Positions 44,021 to 53,052 of a DNA stretch of 58,838 bases are shown in pieces. Below the pieces are notes generated by a model that ran no database searches, was not told the DNA's origin, and worked only from the letters and a program-made list of their open reading frames with translations. How positions within the stretch are numbered: position 1 is the stretch's first letter; each line of letters opens with the position of its first letter. The stretch is taken from positions 1 to 58,838 of IMG/VR virus record IMGVR_UViG_3300036855_000026; one strand, 5' to 3'. A program made the translations under genes and the position numbers. This stretch comes from a virus (taxonomy: Duplodnaviria > Caudoviricetes).

Positions 44021-45558
44021 GCACCCGCCCCGCCGCCATCACCCACGTGACCAACGCAGTGATCTACCTCCGACTCTCCGACTTGCACGCCGACGACCTC
44101 GACGAGGACGGCAACGGCAAGACGTTCGCCGACCGCGAAACCAAGGTCCGAGAACTCGCCGTGCGACTCGGGTGGAACGTCGTCAAGGTGATCACCGAAA
44201 ATGACATGTTCACCCGGAACGGGAAGCAACGCAACGCGTCCGCGTTCAAACGGAAGATGATGGCGTTGCCCGGCGGCGGGACCGCCATGCGGGTAGACCG
44301 CCCCGGGTTCCGGTCGATTCTCGCCATGCTCACCGACGGCCGCGCAAACGCCCTGCTGGCGGAAGATCTCGACAGGTGTATGCGTGACCCCCGCGACCTC
44401 GAAGATCTGATCGACATCGCCGAGGCTCACAAGATCAACGTGAGGTCCCTGTCCGGGTCGTTGACGTTCACCGACGGCGGCACGGACGGCGAAATCACCA
44501 TGGCCAGGATGATGGTCACCATGGCGAACAAGTCCAGTCGTGACACGTCGCGTCGTGTCCGCGCTGCCCGGGAGCGGATGGCAGGCGAGGAAGACTATCG
44601 GGGTGGGCAGCGGCCCTACGGTTTCGAGGTGGACCGCGTGACGCCACGCGCGGACGAGGCCGCGATCATCGAACAGGCATCCCGGCGCGTGCTGCTCATC
44701 GACGGACGCCAAGGCCACCGGGCGGACTCCGGACAGCGCACGTCGCTGCGCTCCCTCGCCCGGGAACTTCGCGAAGCAGACGCCCCGTCGCCGACCGGGC
44801 GACCGTGGACACCCGCGATGCTGCGCGGCGTGCTGCTCCGCCCGCGCAACGCGGCGCGGAAAACGTTTCGTGGCGAGGAAATCGGGGATGCGCCCTGGGA
44901 GCCGATTGTGCCGCTGGACGTGTTCCGGGAGGTGCAACGCATCCTCGACGACCCGGCGCGCAGCACAGTCGGCGGCAGGGCGCCCCGGTGGCTGGGCAGC
45001 GGGATCTACCGATGTGGTATTTGCGACGTGACGAGTCTCCAGGTGGGTGGCGGCGCCGGACACGCACCCCGCTACGTCTGTAAGCGCATCAGTCATCTGT
45101 CCCGCAACGCGGAACGCACCGACGTATGGGTGCGGGAGAACCTGATCAACTTCCTGTCCCTGCCCGGCGTGATCGACACGTTGTGTATCGAGCAAGAGTC
45201 CACTGTGGATGCTCCCGCGTTGCGGGCGGAAGCGCGGGCGTTGCGGCTGAAACTGAACGGGATCGCCGCTGACTACGCTCTGGACCTCTTGGACCGCGAA
45301 CAGATGTTGACCGTGTCGGCGACCGGGCGCGCGCGCCTCGCCGAGATCCGCGAACAACTCTCGAACGCGGTCAGCGAATCGCCGTTCGCGCCGTTCATCG
45401 ACGCCGACGACATCGGCGCCACGTTCGACGACCAGCCGCTGAGTGCCCGCCGCGTCATCGTCGACAGTCTGATGACGGTCACGCTCAAGCCGACCGGGCA
45501 CCAAGGGTCCGTGTTCAAGCCACAATCGGTCTTGTGTGAGCGCCGCGCCGCTGCTTAG
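44017..45558 (+). CDS. int: Large serine recombinase (integrase)
   Basis: IYLRLS catalytic Ser, RPGF...DLDR..RD, recombinase domain PYGF, zinc ribbon CGIC...YVC, coiled coil. Confidence 0.95.
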   Translation: MSTRPAAITHVTNAVIYLRLSDLHADDLDEDGNGKTFADRETKVRELAVRLGWNVVKVITENDMFTRNGKQRNASAFKRKMMALPGGGTAMRVDRPGFRSILAMLTDGRANALLAEDLDRCMRDPRDLEDLIDIAEAHKINVRSLSGSLTFTDGGTDGEITMARMMVTMANKSSRDTSRRVRAARERMAGEEDYRGGQRPYGFEVDRVTPRADEAAIIEQASRRVLLIDGRQGHRADSGQRTSLRSLARELREADAPSPTGRPWTPAMLRGVLLRPRNAARKTFRGEEIGDAPWEPIVPLDVFREVQRILDDPARSTVGGRAPRWLGSGIYRCGICDVTSLQVGGGAGHAPRYVCKRISHLSRNAERTDVWVRENLINFLSLPGVIDTLCIEQESTVDAPALRAEARALRLKLNGIAADYALDLLDREQMLTVSATGRARLAEIREQLSNAVSESPFAPFIDADDIGATFDDQPLSARRVIVDSLMTVTLKPTGHQGSVFKPQSVLCERRAAA

Positions 45559-45635
45559 CTGGCAGGGCTGGATTCCACTACGCCGCCTGGACTCTGTCAC
45601 TCCAGTGACGCCGTAGCTCCCATCCGGGAGAGCGA

Positions 45636-45788
45636 ATGGCCGTCCGTCCGTTTGAGATCACCCCCGACCTACGCGAGCTGGCCCGGCGCAACGTCGCCAC
45701 GTGGGCGCCGCTCACCGCCGACGAAATCGAGCTACTGCGCGAACTGCTCGGCCCGATCAGGAAACGCAACCCCCTTCCCGCCGCCTAG
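45636..45788 (+). CDS. 50-aa protein after integrase (not in the ORF track)
   Basis: MAVRPFEITPDLRELARRNVATWAPLTADEIELLRELLGPIRKRNPLPAA; RBS GGGAG. Confidence 0.6.
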   Translation: MAVRPFEITPDLRELARRNVATWAPLTADEIELLRELLGPIRKRNPLPAA

Positions 45789-45795
45789 CGGCACG

Positions 45796-45851
45796 GTAGC
45801 GGCCCCCGTCAACCCGGTACGTGCGACCGGACCAGCGGGGGCCTTTGCTAC
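45796..45851. terminator. Hairpin between convergent units
   Basis: GTAGCGGCCCCCG...CGGGGGCCTTTGCTAC. Confidence 0.65.
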
Positions 45852-45875
45852 GTCCCAGAGGCAAGGCAGAGGCGC

Positions 45876-46223
45876 CTACCACACTCGGGAGATTTTTCCC
45901 GGCGTCACCCATCGCGTGGTGCAATCGTCGCCCAGCGAATTGCGCACGATCTTCCCGCACACGGCGCAGTATTCCTGCTCGCAGCACCGCCAGTATGAGC
46001 AGCACGCCCCGTTGCGCCACGCAGGCCACGGCCAGTTGTCGCGCGACCACACCACCCAGCCGCACGGTTGATCATATGACCACTGATTGCGTAGACGTCC
46101 GTACGCCCCCTCGTGCTCGACACCCGGTTTGCCGCGACACCACCGCTTCCGGTCCTTTCGCTGGTGCCCGCGCGCAGTGCGGCTCATCGCCGGGTCGCGT
46201 CGCCGTTCCCAGTCACCCCCCAT
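45876..46223 (-). CDS. Cys/Trp-rich hypothetical protein
   Basis: WCRGKPGVEH...CAVCGK. Confidence 0.6.
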   Translation of the reverse strand: MGGDWERRRDPAMSRTARGHQRKDRKRWCRGKPGVEHEGAYGRLRNQWSYDQPCGWVVWSRDNWPWPAWRNGACCSYWRCCEQEYCAVCGKIVRNSLGDDCTTRWVTPGKISRVW

Positions 46224-46425
46224 GTGGTCCGCCTCTCGCGTCATTGTCGATGTCGTCCGGCACTGCGCACAGAAAGAACCCGACCTGACCGCACGACGGC
46301 GGCACATAGTGAGGCTGATCCCCATACGGACACTGTGGATAGTCGCGTCGGTGAATGTCGCGAATCAGCCGACTCAGCTTGCCGCGTGGTGCGGGGCGAG
46401 GTTTGCTGCGCCGTCGAGCCACCAC
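46213..46425 (-). CDS. Small basic hypothetical protein
   Basis: CPY...HYVPPSCG..GFFLC. Confidence 0.55.
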   Translation of the reverse strand: MVARRRSKPRPAPRGKLSRLIRDIHRRDYPQCPYGDQPHYVPPSCGQVGFFLCAVPDDIDNDARGGPHGG

Positions 46426-46429
46426 AGGG

Positions 46430-46768
46430 TTACCTTGCCCCCGGTGGCAGCGTCCGCGCTTCCGGCCACGTCATCGACAGGTGCGCCCACTTCTGGGTGT
46501 AATCGTCATACGGGCACACCCAGCCGTCCCGCGTCGCAATCAGCACATGGTGCGAGTCCTGGCCGCACGTGAACGGATGCATCGCGCCCGCACGTTGAAA
46601 CTCGTTCAATGCGTCCACAATCGACTCAGCCCACGGTGGCTCAATCCGATCCGTCCGCATGGCAAACAACCCCGTTCTCCGTACCGGCATGAGTGACTGC
46701 TGTCCGCAATCCATCTTGTGTCCGACCGTGCCCCGGCACTCCGAACACCGTCGAGGGCCCTCACCCAT
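46430..46768 (-). CDS. Hypothetical zinc-binding protein
   Basis: PW...LNEFQ...HPFTC...GWVCP...YTQKWAH. Confidence 0.7.
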   Translation of the reverse strand: MGEGPRRCSECRGTVGHKMDCGQQSLMPVRRTGLFAMRTDRIEPPWAESIVDALNEFQRAGAMHPFTCGQDSHHVLIATRDGWVCPYDDYTQKWAHLSMTWPEARTLPPGAR

Positions 46769-47375
46769 ACCGCTCCGCATCTCGTTGACAGCATGGACAG
46801 TCGCACGGGTCGGCGCTGCGCCGCGCACACACCAGACACGTCCACTGATCGTCCTGGAAGCGGTGCGGTGTCCGCGCGGGTCGGCCGTCGCCCTCCCAGC
46901 CGCACACCGGGCACCAGCGCGCGAGTGGACGGTGCACGGCAATCAAGTGCTGCGTCACTGCGACCGCGATATACAGGACGCCCAACGCCAGCGCCGGGTT
47001 ATCGCCGACGACCCACAGCACGCCCGCGACCGGCAGCATGATCACAGCCACCGGCGCCCAGACTGTACGCACCGGGCGAGCCCAGATCGCATGTATTGCC
47101 AGCAGCATCCGTGTCTGCCGCGCTGCCTGGTCGGGTCCGTCGGCGGGCACGTTCGCCGCACACCGCACACACAGCCCCCGGTCGTGGCTGCACGTCGCGA
47201 GTGCCGTGGCGAACACGACCAGCATTGCGCACGCATCGCACGCCATCGCGGCCATCGTGCTCGCGATCGTTGCGCCGAGACCGAACAGGCCCCCGGCGAC
47301 CAGCCACGCGAGCGCTGAGCCGTGCGCAAACCAGGATGTCAGCGCGGTGGGGGGCTTAGCTTTCCGTGTCGTCAC
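46761..47375 (-). CDS. Multi-TM protein with CxxC motifs
   Basis: Hydrophobic helices; LCVRC, WCPVC. Confidence 0.7.
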   Translation of the reverse strand: MTTRKAKPPTALTSWFAHGSALAWLVAGGLFGLGATIASTMAAMACDACAMLVVFATALATCSHDRGLCVRCAANVPADGPDQAARQTRMLLAIHAIWARPVRTVWAPVAVIMLPVAGVLWVVGDNPALALGVLYIAVAVTQHLIAVHRPLARWCPVCGWEGDGRPARTPHRFQDDQWTCLVCARRSADPCDCPCCQRDAERYG

Positions 47376-47955
47376 CGAACTGTGCCACTTCCTGCGGATT
47401 CCCGGTCGTCGCGCGAGGCCAGAAATTGTTGATACTGCCGATCAGTGCGCGCGCGTACGGCTCCGTCATGCCCACCGCATCGGTTAACGCCGCCAGTAGG
47501 TCACTGTCCAATGTAGTCACCGACAGCACGCTGAGCACATCGTTGCCGTGACTGCGCAAATCGTGCGGGGTCACACCGCCGACATGCCGATCCTGTAGAT
47601 ACATGTCCAGGTGCGGACCATAGCGCAATCCGAGTATCGGGTCGAAACGCAGTGGCGCCGTGGCCGTATTCGGCGGGCGTCGCGGACGCAGATGGTCGAC
47701 GATCAACGCCACCACCTCGTTTTCCGGGACGCCCGCGTTCGTCATCAGCCGGTGCACGGCCGCGTCATACTCGATCCGGGTTGCCTCGTCGCAACATGCG
47801 ACAGCGTAGGCGATCGCGCCGGACGTGGTGAGCACACACGCCCAGTCTTTGCCGTACGTGATCGCGACGCCATAGCTACCGTTCGGCAACACTTCCGACC
47901 GCGCCCACAGTCCATCATCCTCACCGTCACCAGTGGACGCGTGCTGGCCGGTCAC
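47356..47955 (-). CDS. Hypothetical protein
   Basis: Operonic, GTGA coupling. Confidence 0.7.
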   Translation of the reverse strand: MTGQHASTGDGEDDGLWARSEVLPNGSYGVAITYGKDWACVLTTSGAIAYAVACCDEATRIEYDAAVHRLMTNAGVPENEVVALIVDHLRPRRPPNTATAPLRFDPILGLRYGPHLDMYLQDRHVGGVTPHDLRSHGNDVLSVLSVTTLDSDLLAALTDAVGMTEPYARALIGSINNFWPRATTGNPQEVAQFGDDTES

Positions 47956-48236
47956 GTGTACAGCCGCAGTGACAGCACCGACAACGCATAGCCGCGATAC
48001 TCGTCCAGTTCATCGGGCCGCAAGTCAGCTTGAGTGCGCGGCTGGTCGAGCGAGCCGCCCTCGTACTCGAACCGCAGCATGGCGTCTACGCCCGCGTCGA
48101 TGTCCGCCTCGTTGATCTTGTCGGGCGGATGCGTGTCGAGGTAGAAGTCTGTCTTGCGCCGTAGCTCCGCTGCCTGCCACCAGGCCCGCCATTCGGCCAG
48201 CAATGTCCGCGCGGTCTCACCGTCTACTGTGGTCAT
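47952..48236 (-). CDS. Hypothetical protein
   Basis: RBS GGAG; ATGA coupling. Confidence 0.65.
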   Translation of the reverse strand: MTTVDGETARTLLAEWRAWWQAAELRRKTDFYLDTHPPDKINEADIDAGVDAMLRFEYEGGSLDQPRTQADLRPDELDEYRGYALSVLSLRLYT

Positions 48237-48616
48237 TCGCTCTCCGTCAGTCCATGTGTGGTGATCAATGGTGCGACCATGCTGGACGCCAGCGCTTCCA
48301 CGATCTCCGCGTGGCCGATGCGCGCGCCGTGTTCGGTCGCGTACCGCGCACATTCCACCCCCCGGGTTTGGCTGTCTGGTCCGATCATGCCGCCCGTTTG
48401 AAAGGCCATCGTCTCAAAGATCGCGGGGAACGGACTCCCCGGCATCGAATCCAGGCCATCCCAGATCGTTGACACCGTCCACTCGTCGCCCGCCTCCCCG
48501 ACGGCGGTGATCCTGGTCAACGCGATATGGCGGTATGCCGGGTTTTCGAGCAGCCGTCGCCATTCGTCCACAGATATGTTATTGCCGTCGCGATCATAGA
48601 AATGCAATACGCTCAT
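48233..48616 (-). CDS. Conserved-type phage hypothetical protein
   Basis: YDRDG...VSTIWDGLD...IFETM...RYAT...GH. Confidence 0.8.
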   Translation of the reverse strand: MSVLHFYDRDGNNISVDEWRRLLENPAYRHIALTRITAVGEAGDEWTVSTIWDGLDSMPGSPFPAIFETMAFQTGGMIGPDSQTRGVECARYATEHGARIGHAEIVEALASSMVAPLITTHGLTESE

Positions 48617-48640
48617 CGGAGCTATTTCCCCCGCCGCAAT

Positions 48641-48826
48641 TCAATCGCTGGCGTCGGTGTCCTCGACCCCGAGACGTGCCAGCACATCCCACACAACCCG
48701 GTCGGTTTCGTCCGGTGTCAACGTTTCGTCCACGACAATCACCGTCTGTCCGTTGTCGACGACGTACCCGCCGCACGGCACGCCCAACGCAGCACACACA
48801 ATCAGGATGTCGGTATTCTGACGCAT
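48641..48826 (-). CDS. Small hypothetical protein
   Basis: GYVV...VIVVDETLTPDE. Confidence 0.5.
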   Translation of the reverse strand: MRQNTDILIVCAALGVPCGGYVVDNGQTVIVVDETLTPDETDRVVWDVLARLGVEDTDASD

Positions 48827-49016
48827 TCAGCGCGTCCCATCCGTACAACGCGAGGACCACTGCCCCCCGCTATGGTGGCGAGAACAAAACTCCACTGTTC
48901 CCTTGGGCCCGTCACGCTATCGAGGACCTAGCCACCGTCTACAAGGGTGCGGCAACCGCTGCACCCATTTGGCTCAGCGTCAACCCCCGCTTGGTTGGCA
49001 CCAACCCAGATTTTCG

Positions 49017-49487
49017 CTACTGATCGTTACGTGTCTCGGCGGCGCGTTCCCGCGCAAGCCTGGCCAGTTCGGCCGTCGCATGCATCCGCACCTGCTCGCG
49101 CGCCACCCGCAACCGTTCCGGCTGCAACGGTTGTAGGGACACGATCGTGACGTCCGCGTCGTCCATCGTGGATGGCATGTAGGCGTAGAGGCCAAGACTC
49201 ACCTCGAACGCTTCGACGATCACCCGTGCGGGCATGGCAAGCGCCTCCGCCAACGCGAATATCACCGTGTTCGCGGGGATGCCCTCGAATCTGCCCGCCG
49301 CGATGTTATTGATGCTCTGGCGCGCGATCTTGCGCCCGGCCCGGGTGGCGCGCTCCGCTAACGGCCCGTGGCCTAGCCCCGTCGTGGCCTGGACCTGCCA
49401 AATCAACTCCTCGATGCCGACCGGCGCCGGGGGCCCGCTCAGCTCGTGCTCGGTAACATTCCTACTCCCGTGCTCATCAGTGCCCAT
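49017..49487 (-). CDS. Immunity repressor (XRE HTH)
   Basis: LAERA...IARQSINNIAAG...IP...IFALAEAL; RBS GGAGGA; divergent from Cro-like gene. Confidence 0.8.
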   Translation of the reverse strand: MGTDEHGSRNVTEHELSGPPAPVGIEELIWQVQATTGLGHGPLAERATRAGRKIARQSINNIAAGRFEGIPANTVIFALAEALAMPARVIVEAFEVSLGLYAYMPSTMDDADVTIVSLQPLQPERLRVAREQVRMHATAELARLARERAAETRNDQ

Positions 49488-49563
49488 GGCGCTGTCCTCC
49501 GCAGGTGAGACGGCAGCCCCGAGGTCTAGGGGGTGCTTGGCGCAGAGTAAACCACGGGGCAAC

Positions 49564-49610
49564 TCGTGTGGCAATCGGCCATTGCCAGACGGGCAACATC
49601 GGCCTACTGT
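49564..49610 (+). promoter_or_regulatory. Sigma70-type promoter with overlapping palindromic operator
   Basis: TTGCCA-N17-TACTGT; TGGCAAT-N5-ATTGCCA covers the -35. Confidence 0.75.
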
Positions 49611-49680
49611 CAGCCTCCTGATCAGCGCCATCGCCCGGACGTCACTATCCGGTGCCGATGAGCGAAGCCACGGGAGCACC

Positions 49681-49941
49681 GTGACTACCTACGTGCGAGT
49701 GCGCGACCACCAGGAATTTCAGCGCCTGGTGACCGCGACCGGTCGTGCTCAGGCGCGGCTCGCCACCGAAGCGGGAATGACCCCGCAATCCCTGTCGCAA
49801 CTTCTCGCCGGACGCCGATCGCGGGTCACCGTGGAAACGGCCGTCCGGATCGAGCAATCGTTGAATATCAAACGCGGCACACTGTTCCTTTTGGACGGTG
49901 GGCCTGTGCTCGCCGACTACGTGGACATTCACGCGGCATAA
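49681..49941 (+). CDS. Cro-like HTH protein
   Basis: QARLATEAGMTPQSLSQLLAGRR...AVRIEQSL...LF. Confidence 0.85.
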   Translation: MTTYVRVRDHQEFQRLVTATGRAQARLATEAGMTPQSLSQLLAGRRSRVTVETAVRIEQSLNIKRGTLFLLDGGPVLADYVDIHAA

Positions 49942-49987
49942 ACCCGCGCACCCCAACATCTTTCACGTATTCGGCGAGGAGTCCACC

Positions 49988-50227
49988 GTGTCCATTGTTG
50001 TCGTTGACGCACGCACACACGCCACCACCAGACGGCATCCGGCCGTCGAATTCGTGTTGTGGCTGGTCTGGCGCGTGCACGCAATCGCCTCACTTCTGGC
50101 CACGGCAGCGATATGCGCCGCCGACACGGCCACCACATTCGCGCGCAACCGCCAGCACGGGCCTTACATCGTCCTGATTGGCGTCGTTCTTTTGCTGTCC
50201 ATCATTCCCGCGCTAGCCGGGCATTGA
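49988..50227 (+). CDS. Small membrane protein
   Basis: RBS GAGGAG; C-terminal TM. Confidence 0.6.
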   Translation: MSIVVVDARTHATTRRHPAVEFVLWLVWRVHAIASLLATAAICAADTATTFARNRQHGPYIVLIGVVLLLSIIPALAGH

Positions 50228-50243
50228 AACGGAGGCAATTCCC

Positions 50244-50477
50244 TTGCATAGCTTGACGTCTTTCACTGTCGACCAGGTGACATGTCGACCGCCGCAAATC
50301 TGGGAACCGTCGACCGTCACCGTACGGCCGATAGTGCAACTACTGCCCACCGGCTGCTATTGCGACGCGGAGTACGGACAGATCGACGCCGCCATGTGTC
50401 TGTATCTCAGCGCGGATGCGTACACATGGGGCTCCGGCGAGCCGTTCGCGCGATTCGTTCCGGCCGGTGCGTCATGA
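50244..50477 (+). CDS. Hypothetical protein
   Basis: RBS GGAGG, TTG start. Confidence 0.55.
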   Translation: MHSLTSFTVDQVTCRPPQIWEPSTVTVRPIVQLLPTGCYCDAEYGQIDAAMCLYLSADAYTWGSGEPFARFVPAGAS

Positions 50478-50803
50478 CCGTGACCGACGCCGCCGAGCCA
50501 TTCGACATCGAAGACGCGTTGACCACCGTCGCACAGTTGCGGCGCCGACGTGACCCCGGCAGCGTCACCACCATTCGCATTGCCGATTTGACCGTCGACT
50601 ACATGCGCAGCAAATTCGGTCCCGAAGCACACGAGACGGTAGGGCTCGCGTTCGTGTGGGCGGCGGCCACCCTCGGCGCACTCGTCACCGAAATCGACGA
50701 CATGCCGCCCGCCGCGCTGCTCAACGTGCTGGCGTTCACCGGGCAGCGCCTGACCACAGACGCGCGTCTCGCCGACAACCGGGCGGGCCTGTCATGTCCG
50801 TGA
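50474..50803 (+). CDS. Hypothetical protein
   Basis: ATGA coupling. Confidence 0.65.
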   Translation: MTVTDAAEPFDIEDALTTVAQLRRRRDPGSVTTIRIADLTVDYMRSKFGPEAHETVGLAFVWAAATLGALVTEIDDMPPAALLNVLAFTGQRLTTDARLADNRAGLSCP

Positions 50804-51066
50804 TCGTGCATCGGTGCGTCGCGTGCGGACACCCCGACATGTGGCATGAGAACAGCGGCGGTTGCGCGCACGGATACTGCGCCGCGCACGACCCCGTGTA
50901 CGGGCCGTCCGAAATCCTGCCGACCTATGACACGCACGGGAAACGGGTCGCCGCGATCGCGTCACCGGGGACCGCGTTCCGCGCGTTCGGGAAAGGTGTC
51001 GTCGACCTCTGTGGCTGTCACACGTGCCACGCGCTGTACACGTCCACTCGGGACGGTGCGGCGTGA
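50794..51066 (+). CDS. Small Cys-rich protein
   Basis: CVACGHP...H, CGCHTC. Confidence 0.65.
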   Translation: MSVIVHRCVACGHPDMWHENSGGCAHGYCAAHDPVYGPSEILPTYDTHGKRVAAIASPGTAFRAFGKGVVDLCGCHTCHALYTSTRDGAA

Positions 51067-52322
51067 CGTTGCTCGCGATGCCGACGATCATTCGCGCCGA
51101 CGCGCGCTCGTTGCCCCTCGACGATCGCAGCGTCGACCTGGTCGTGACGTCGCCACCCTACTTCGGCATGCGTTCCTATCAGGACGGCGGCCGACACTAT
51201 GAGTCGCAAATCGGCAGTGAGGCCACGCCCATCGAATATCTGGACGCATTGTGTGCGGTCACCCGCGAATGCATGCGGGTGCTCAAGCCGACAGGTTCGT
51301 TGTGGGTGAACCTGGGCGACAAATACGGCGGCGCCGCGTGGGCCAATAAGAACGGGACCGGTGAAAGTGGACTCACGGGCGTTGTGATCACCGAGCGAAC
51401 GCAAGCCATGGCAACCGCCCGATCACTACCGGGCACCCGCCAGAAGTCGCTGATCGGCATCCCGTGGCGCTACGCGTTGCGCTGTACAGACGACCTCGGA
51501 CTGATCCTCCGCGCCGAAGTGATCTGGTCGAAGCCGAACGGGCTACCTGAATCCGTGACTGACCGCGTGCGACGGTCACACGAACAATGGTTCCATTTCA
51601 CGCTACAGCCCCGGTATTACTCGGCGGTCGACGAGATTCGGGAAGCGACCACGCGGACCGGGCTCACCTGGGCAGAACGTAAGGCGGCGGGCAACCGCAC
51701 GCACGCACCCGACAACGGACATGCAACCGGGGGCCCTGGCATGGCCGCGCACACGCTCGGGAAGCTGCCCGATTCTGTGTGGACAGTCGCCACGCAGCCG
51801 CTGACCGTGCCCGAATACCTGGGCGCCGACCACTACGCCGCGTTTCCGACCGAACTCCCGCGTCGCATCATCCTCGGGTGGTCGCCCCGCGACGTGTGCA
51901 CCGTGTGCGGCGAAGGGCGTCGGCCCGTATCCGACCGGGAATCCGTCCTGCGTGGCTACGCGAAGGGGCGTGTCACCAACCTTCCCAACATGCTTGACGG
52001 TCGGCAAGGCGCACGACGCGCCAGCGCGATCACAGTGACCGGGTACGCATGTGCCTGCCCGGATGTGAGCGCCGCCAGCACGCCCGGCGTTGTCGTCGAC
52101 CCGTTCGGGGGCACCGGCACTACCGCCCTCGTCGCGACCATGCTCGGACGCAGCGGGATCACCGTGGACGCGTCCGCCGACTATTGCCGGATAGCGCAAT
52201 GGCGTTGCCACGAAGCGAAAGAACGCGCCCGCGCCGCTGGTCTCGACCCGGACGCCGTGTCGAAGATCAAACCACCGGGCCGTGACCAAGGTGACCTGTT
52301 CGCCGAGGACGGTGCGGCATGA
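51063..52322 (+). CDS. DNA amino-methyltransferase (beta class, N4-C/N6-A)
   Basis: DLVVTSPPY motif IV precedes HYAAFP and VVDPFGGTGTT motif I. Confidence 0.93.
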   Translation: MTLLAMPTIIRADARSLPLDDRSVDLVVTSPPYFGMRSYQDGGRHYESQIGSEATPIEYLDALCAVTRECMRVLKPTGSLWVNLGDKYGGAAWANKNGTGESGLTGVVITERTQAMATARSLPGTRQKSLIGIPWRYALRCTDDLGLILRAEVIWSKPNGLPESVTDRVRRSHEQWFHFTLQPRYYSAVDEIREATTRTGLTWAERKAAGNRTHAPDNGHATGGPGMAAHTLGKLPDSVWTVATQPLTVPEYLGADHYAAFPTELPRRIILGWSPRDVCTVCGEGRRPVSDRESVLRGYAKGRVTNLPNMLDGRQGARRASAITVTGYACACPDVSAASTPGVVVDPFGGTGTTALVATMLGRSGITVDASADYCRIAQWRCHEAKERARAAGLDPDAVSKIKPPGRDQGDLFAEDGAA

Positions 52323-52828
52323 CCACGCCGAAACCGTGGACGATCCCGCTCAACGGCACGCCATGCATCCAATGTGGACAGCCAGCAGACCACGTGAGCG
52401 TCTACCCAGCTGGCCGCGTCATCGTCCACAACAGAGGCATCGTCAGCGGGCCCTGCGCCCTCGCCAACCCCATTATCCCAGTACAACCGGAGTGCACCAT
52501 GGCGGAAGACACGCACACCACCGCACTAGACCAGCTCGCCGACTGGATCGAGGCATATCGGCGCGCCCACGAACAAGCCGGGCATTACAAGAACCTCGCC
52601 GACAATATCCAGAAAAAGATCACGAACGCGCTCGACAAAGCAGACGCCACCGTCGGCACCGTCGCAGGCGCCCCCGTCGTCCGGTGGGTGCCGGTCACCT
52701 CCTACCGCATCGACACGGTCACCTTGCGGGCCGAACACCCGATCATCGCCGCCGACTATTCGGTGCCGATCGTCAGTCGGCGTTTTACGGTAGTCGGCCC
52801 CGCCGCGACGCTCGCCGAGTCCGCGTGA
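52319..52828 (+). CDS. Hypothetical protein, C-part resembles the YqaJ-type C-terminal segment
   Basis: G.PVVRW...RIDT..LRAEHP...Y...SRRFTV. Confidence 0.65.
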   Translation: MTTPKPWTIPLNGTPCIQCGQPADHVSVYPAGRVIVHNRGIVSGPCALANPIIPVQPECTMAEDTHTTALDQLADWIEAYRRAHEQAGHYKNLADNIQKKITNALDKADATVGTVAGAPVVRWVPVTSYRIDTVTLRAEHPIIAADYSVPIVSRRFTVVGPAATLAESA

Positions 52829-53052
52829 TGGCGATCATCCAATGCCCCTGGTGCGGGCGTGACGCACCCACCCGGCTGGACGGACTGCTCGCGAAACACA
52901 AGCGCACCACCCGATCCGGGGGGCGAGCATTCAAGATGTGGTGCGAAGGCGGCGCGTCAACCACCCTCGACCTGCCCCCATCCCAACGGGACTATCTACG
53001 TCGCCAGTGGCGCGACGACCACGGGCGGCGCATCGGGGGTGACACCCCATGA
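52828..53052 (+). CDS. Small zinc-finger protein
   Basis: CPWCG...H...C. Confidence 0.6.
   Translation: MAIIQCPWCGRDAPTRLDGLLAKHKRTTRSGGRAFKMWCEGGASTTLDLPPSQRDYLRRQWRDDHGRRIGGDTP

Noticed and set aside
43966-45600. 544-aa minus-strand ORF
   Set aside because: Antisense shadow of the integrase; no motifs.
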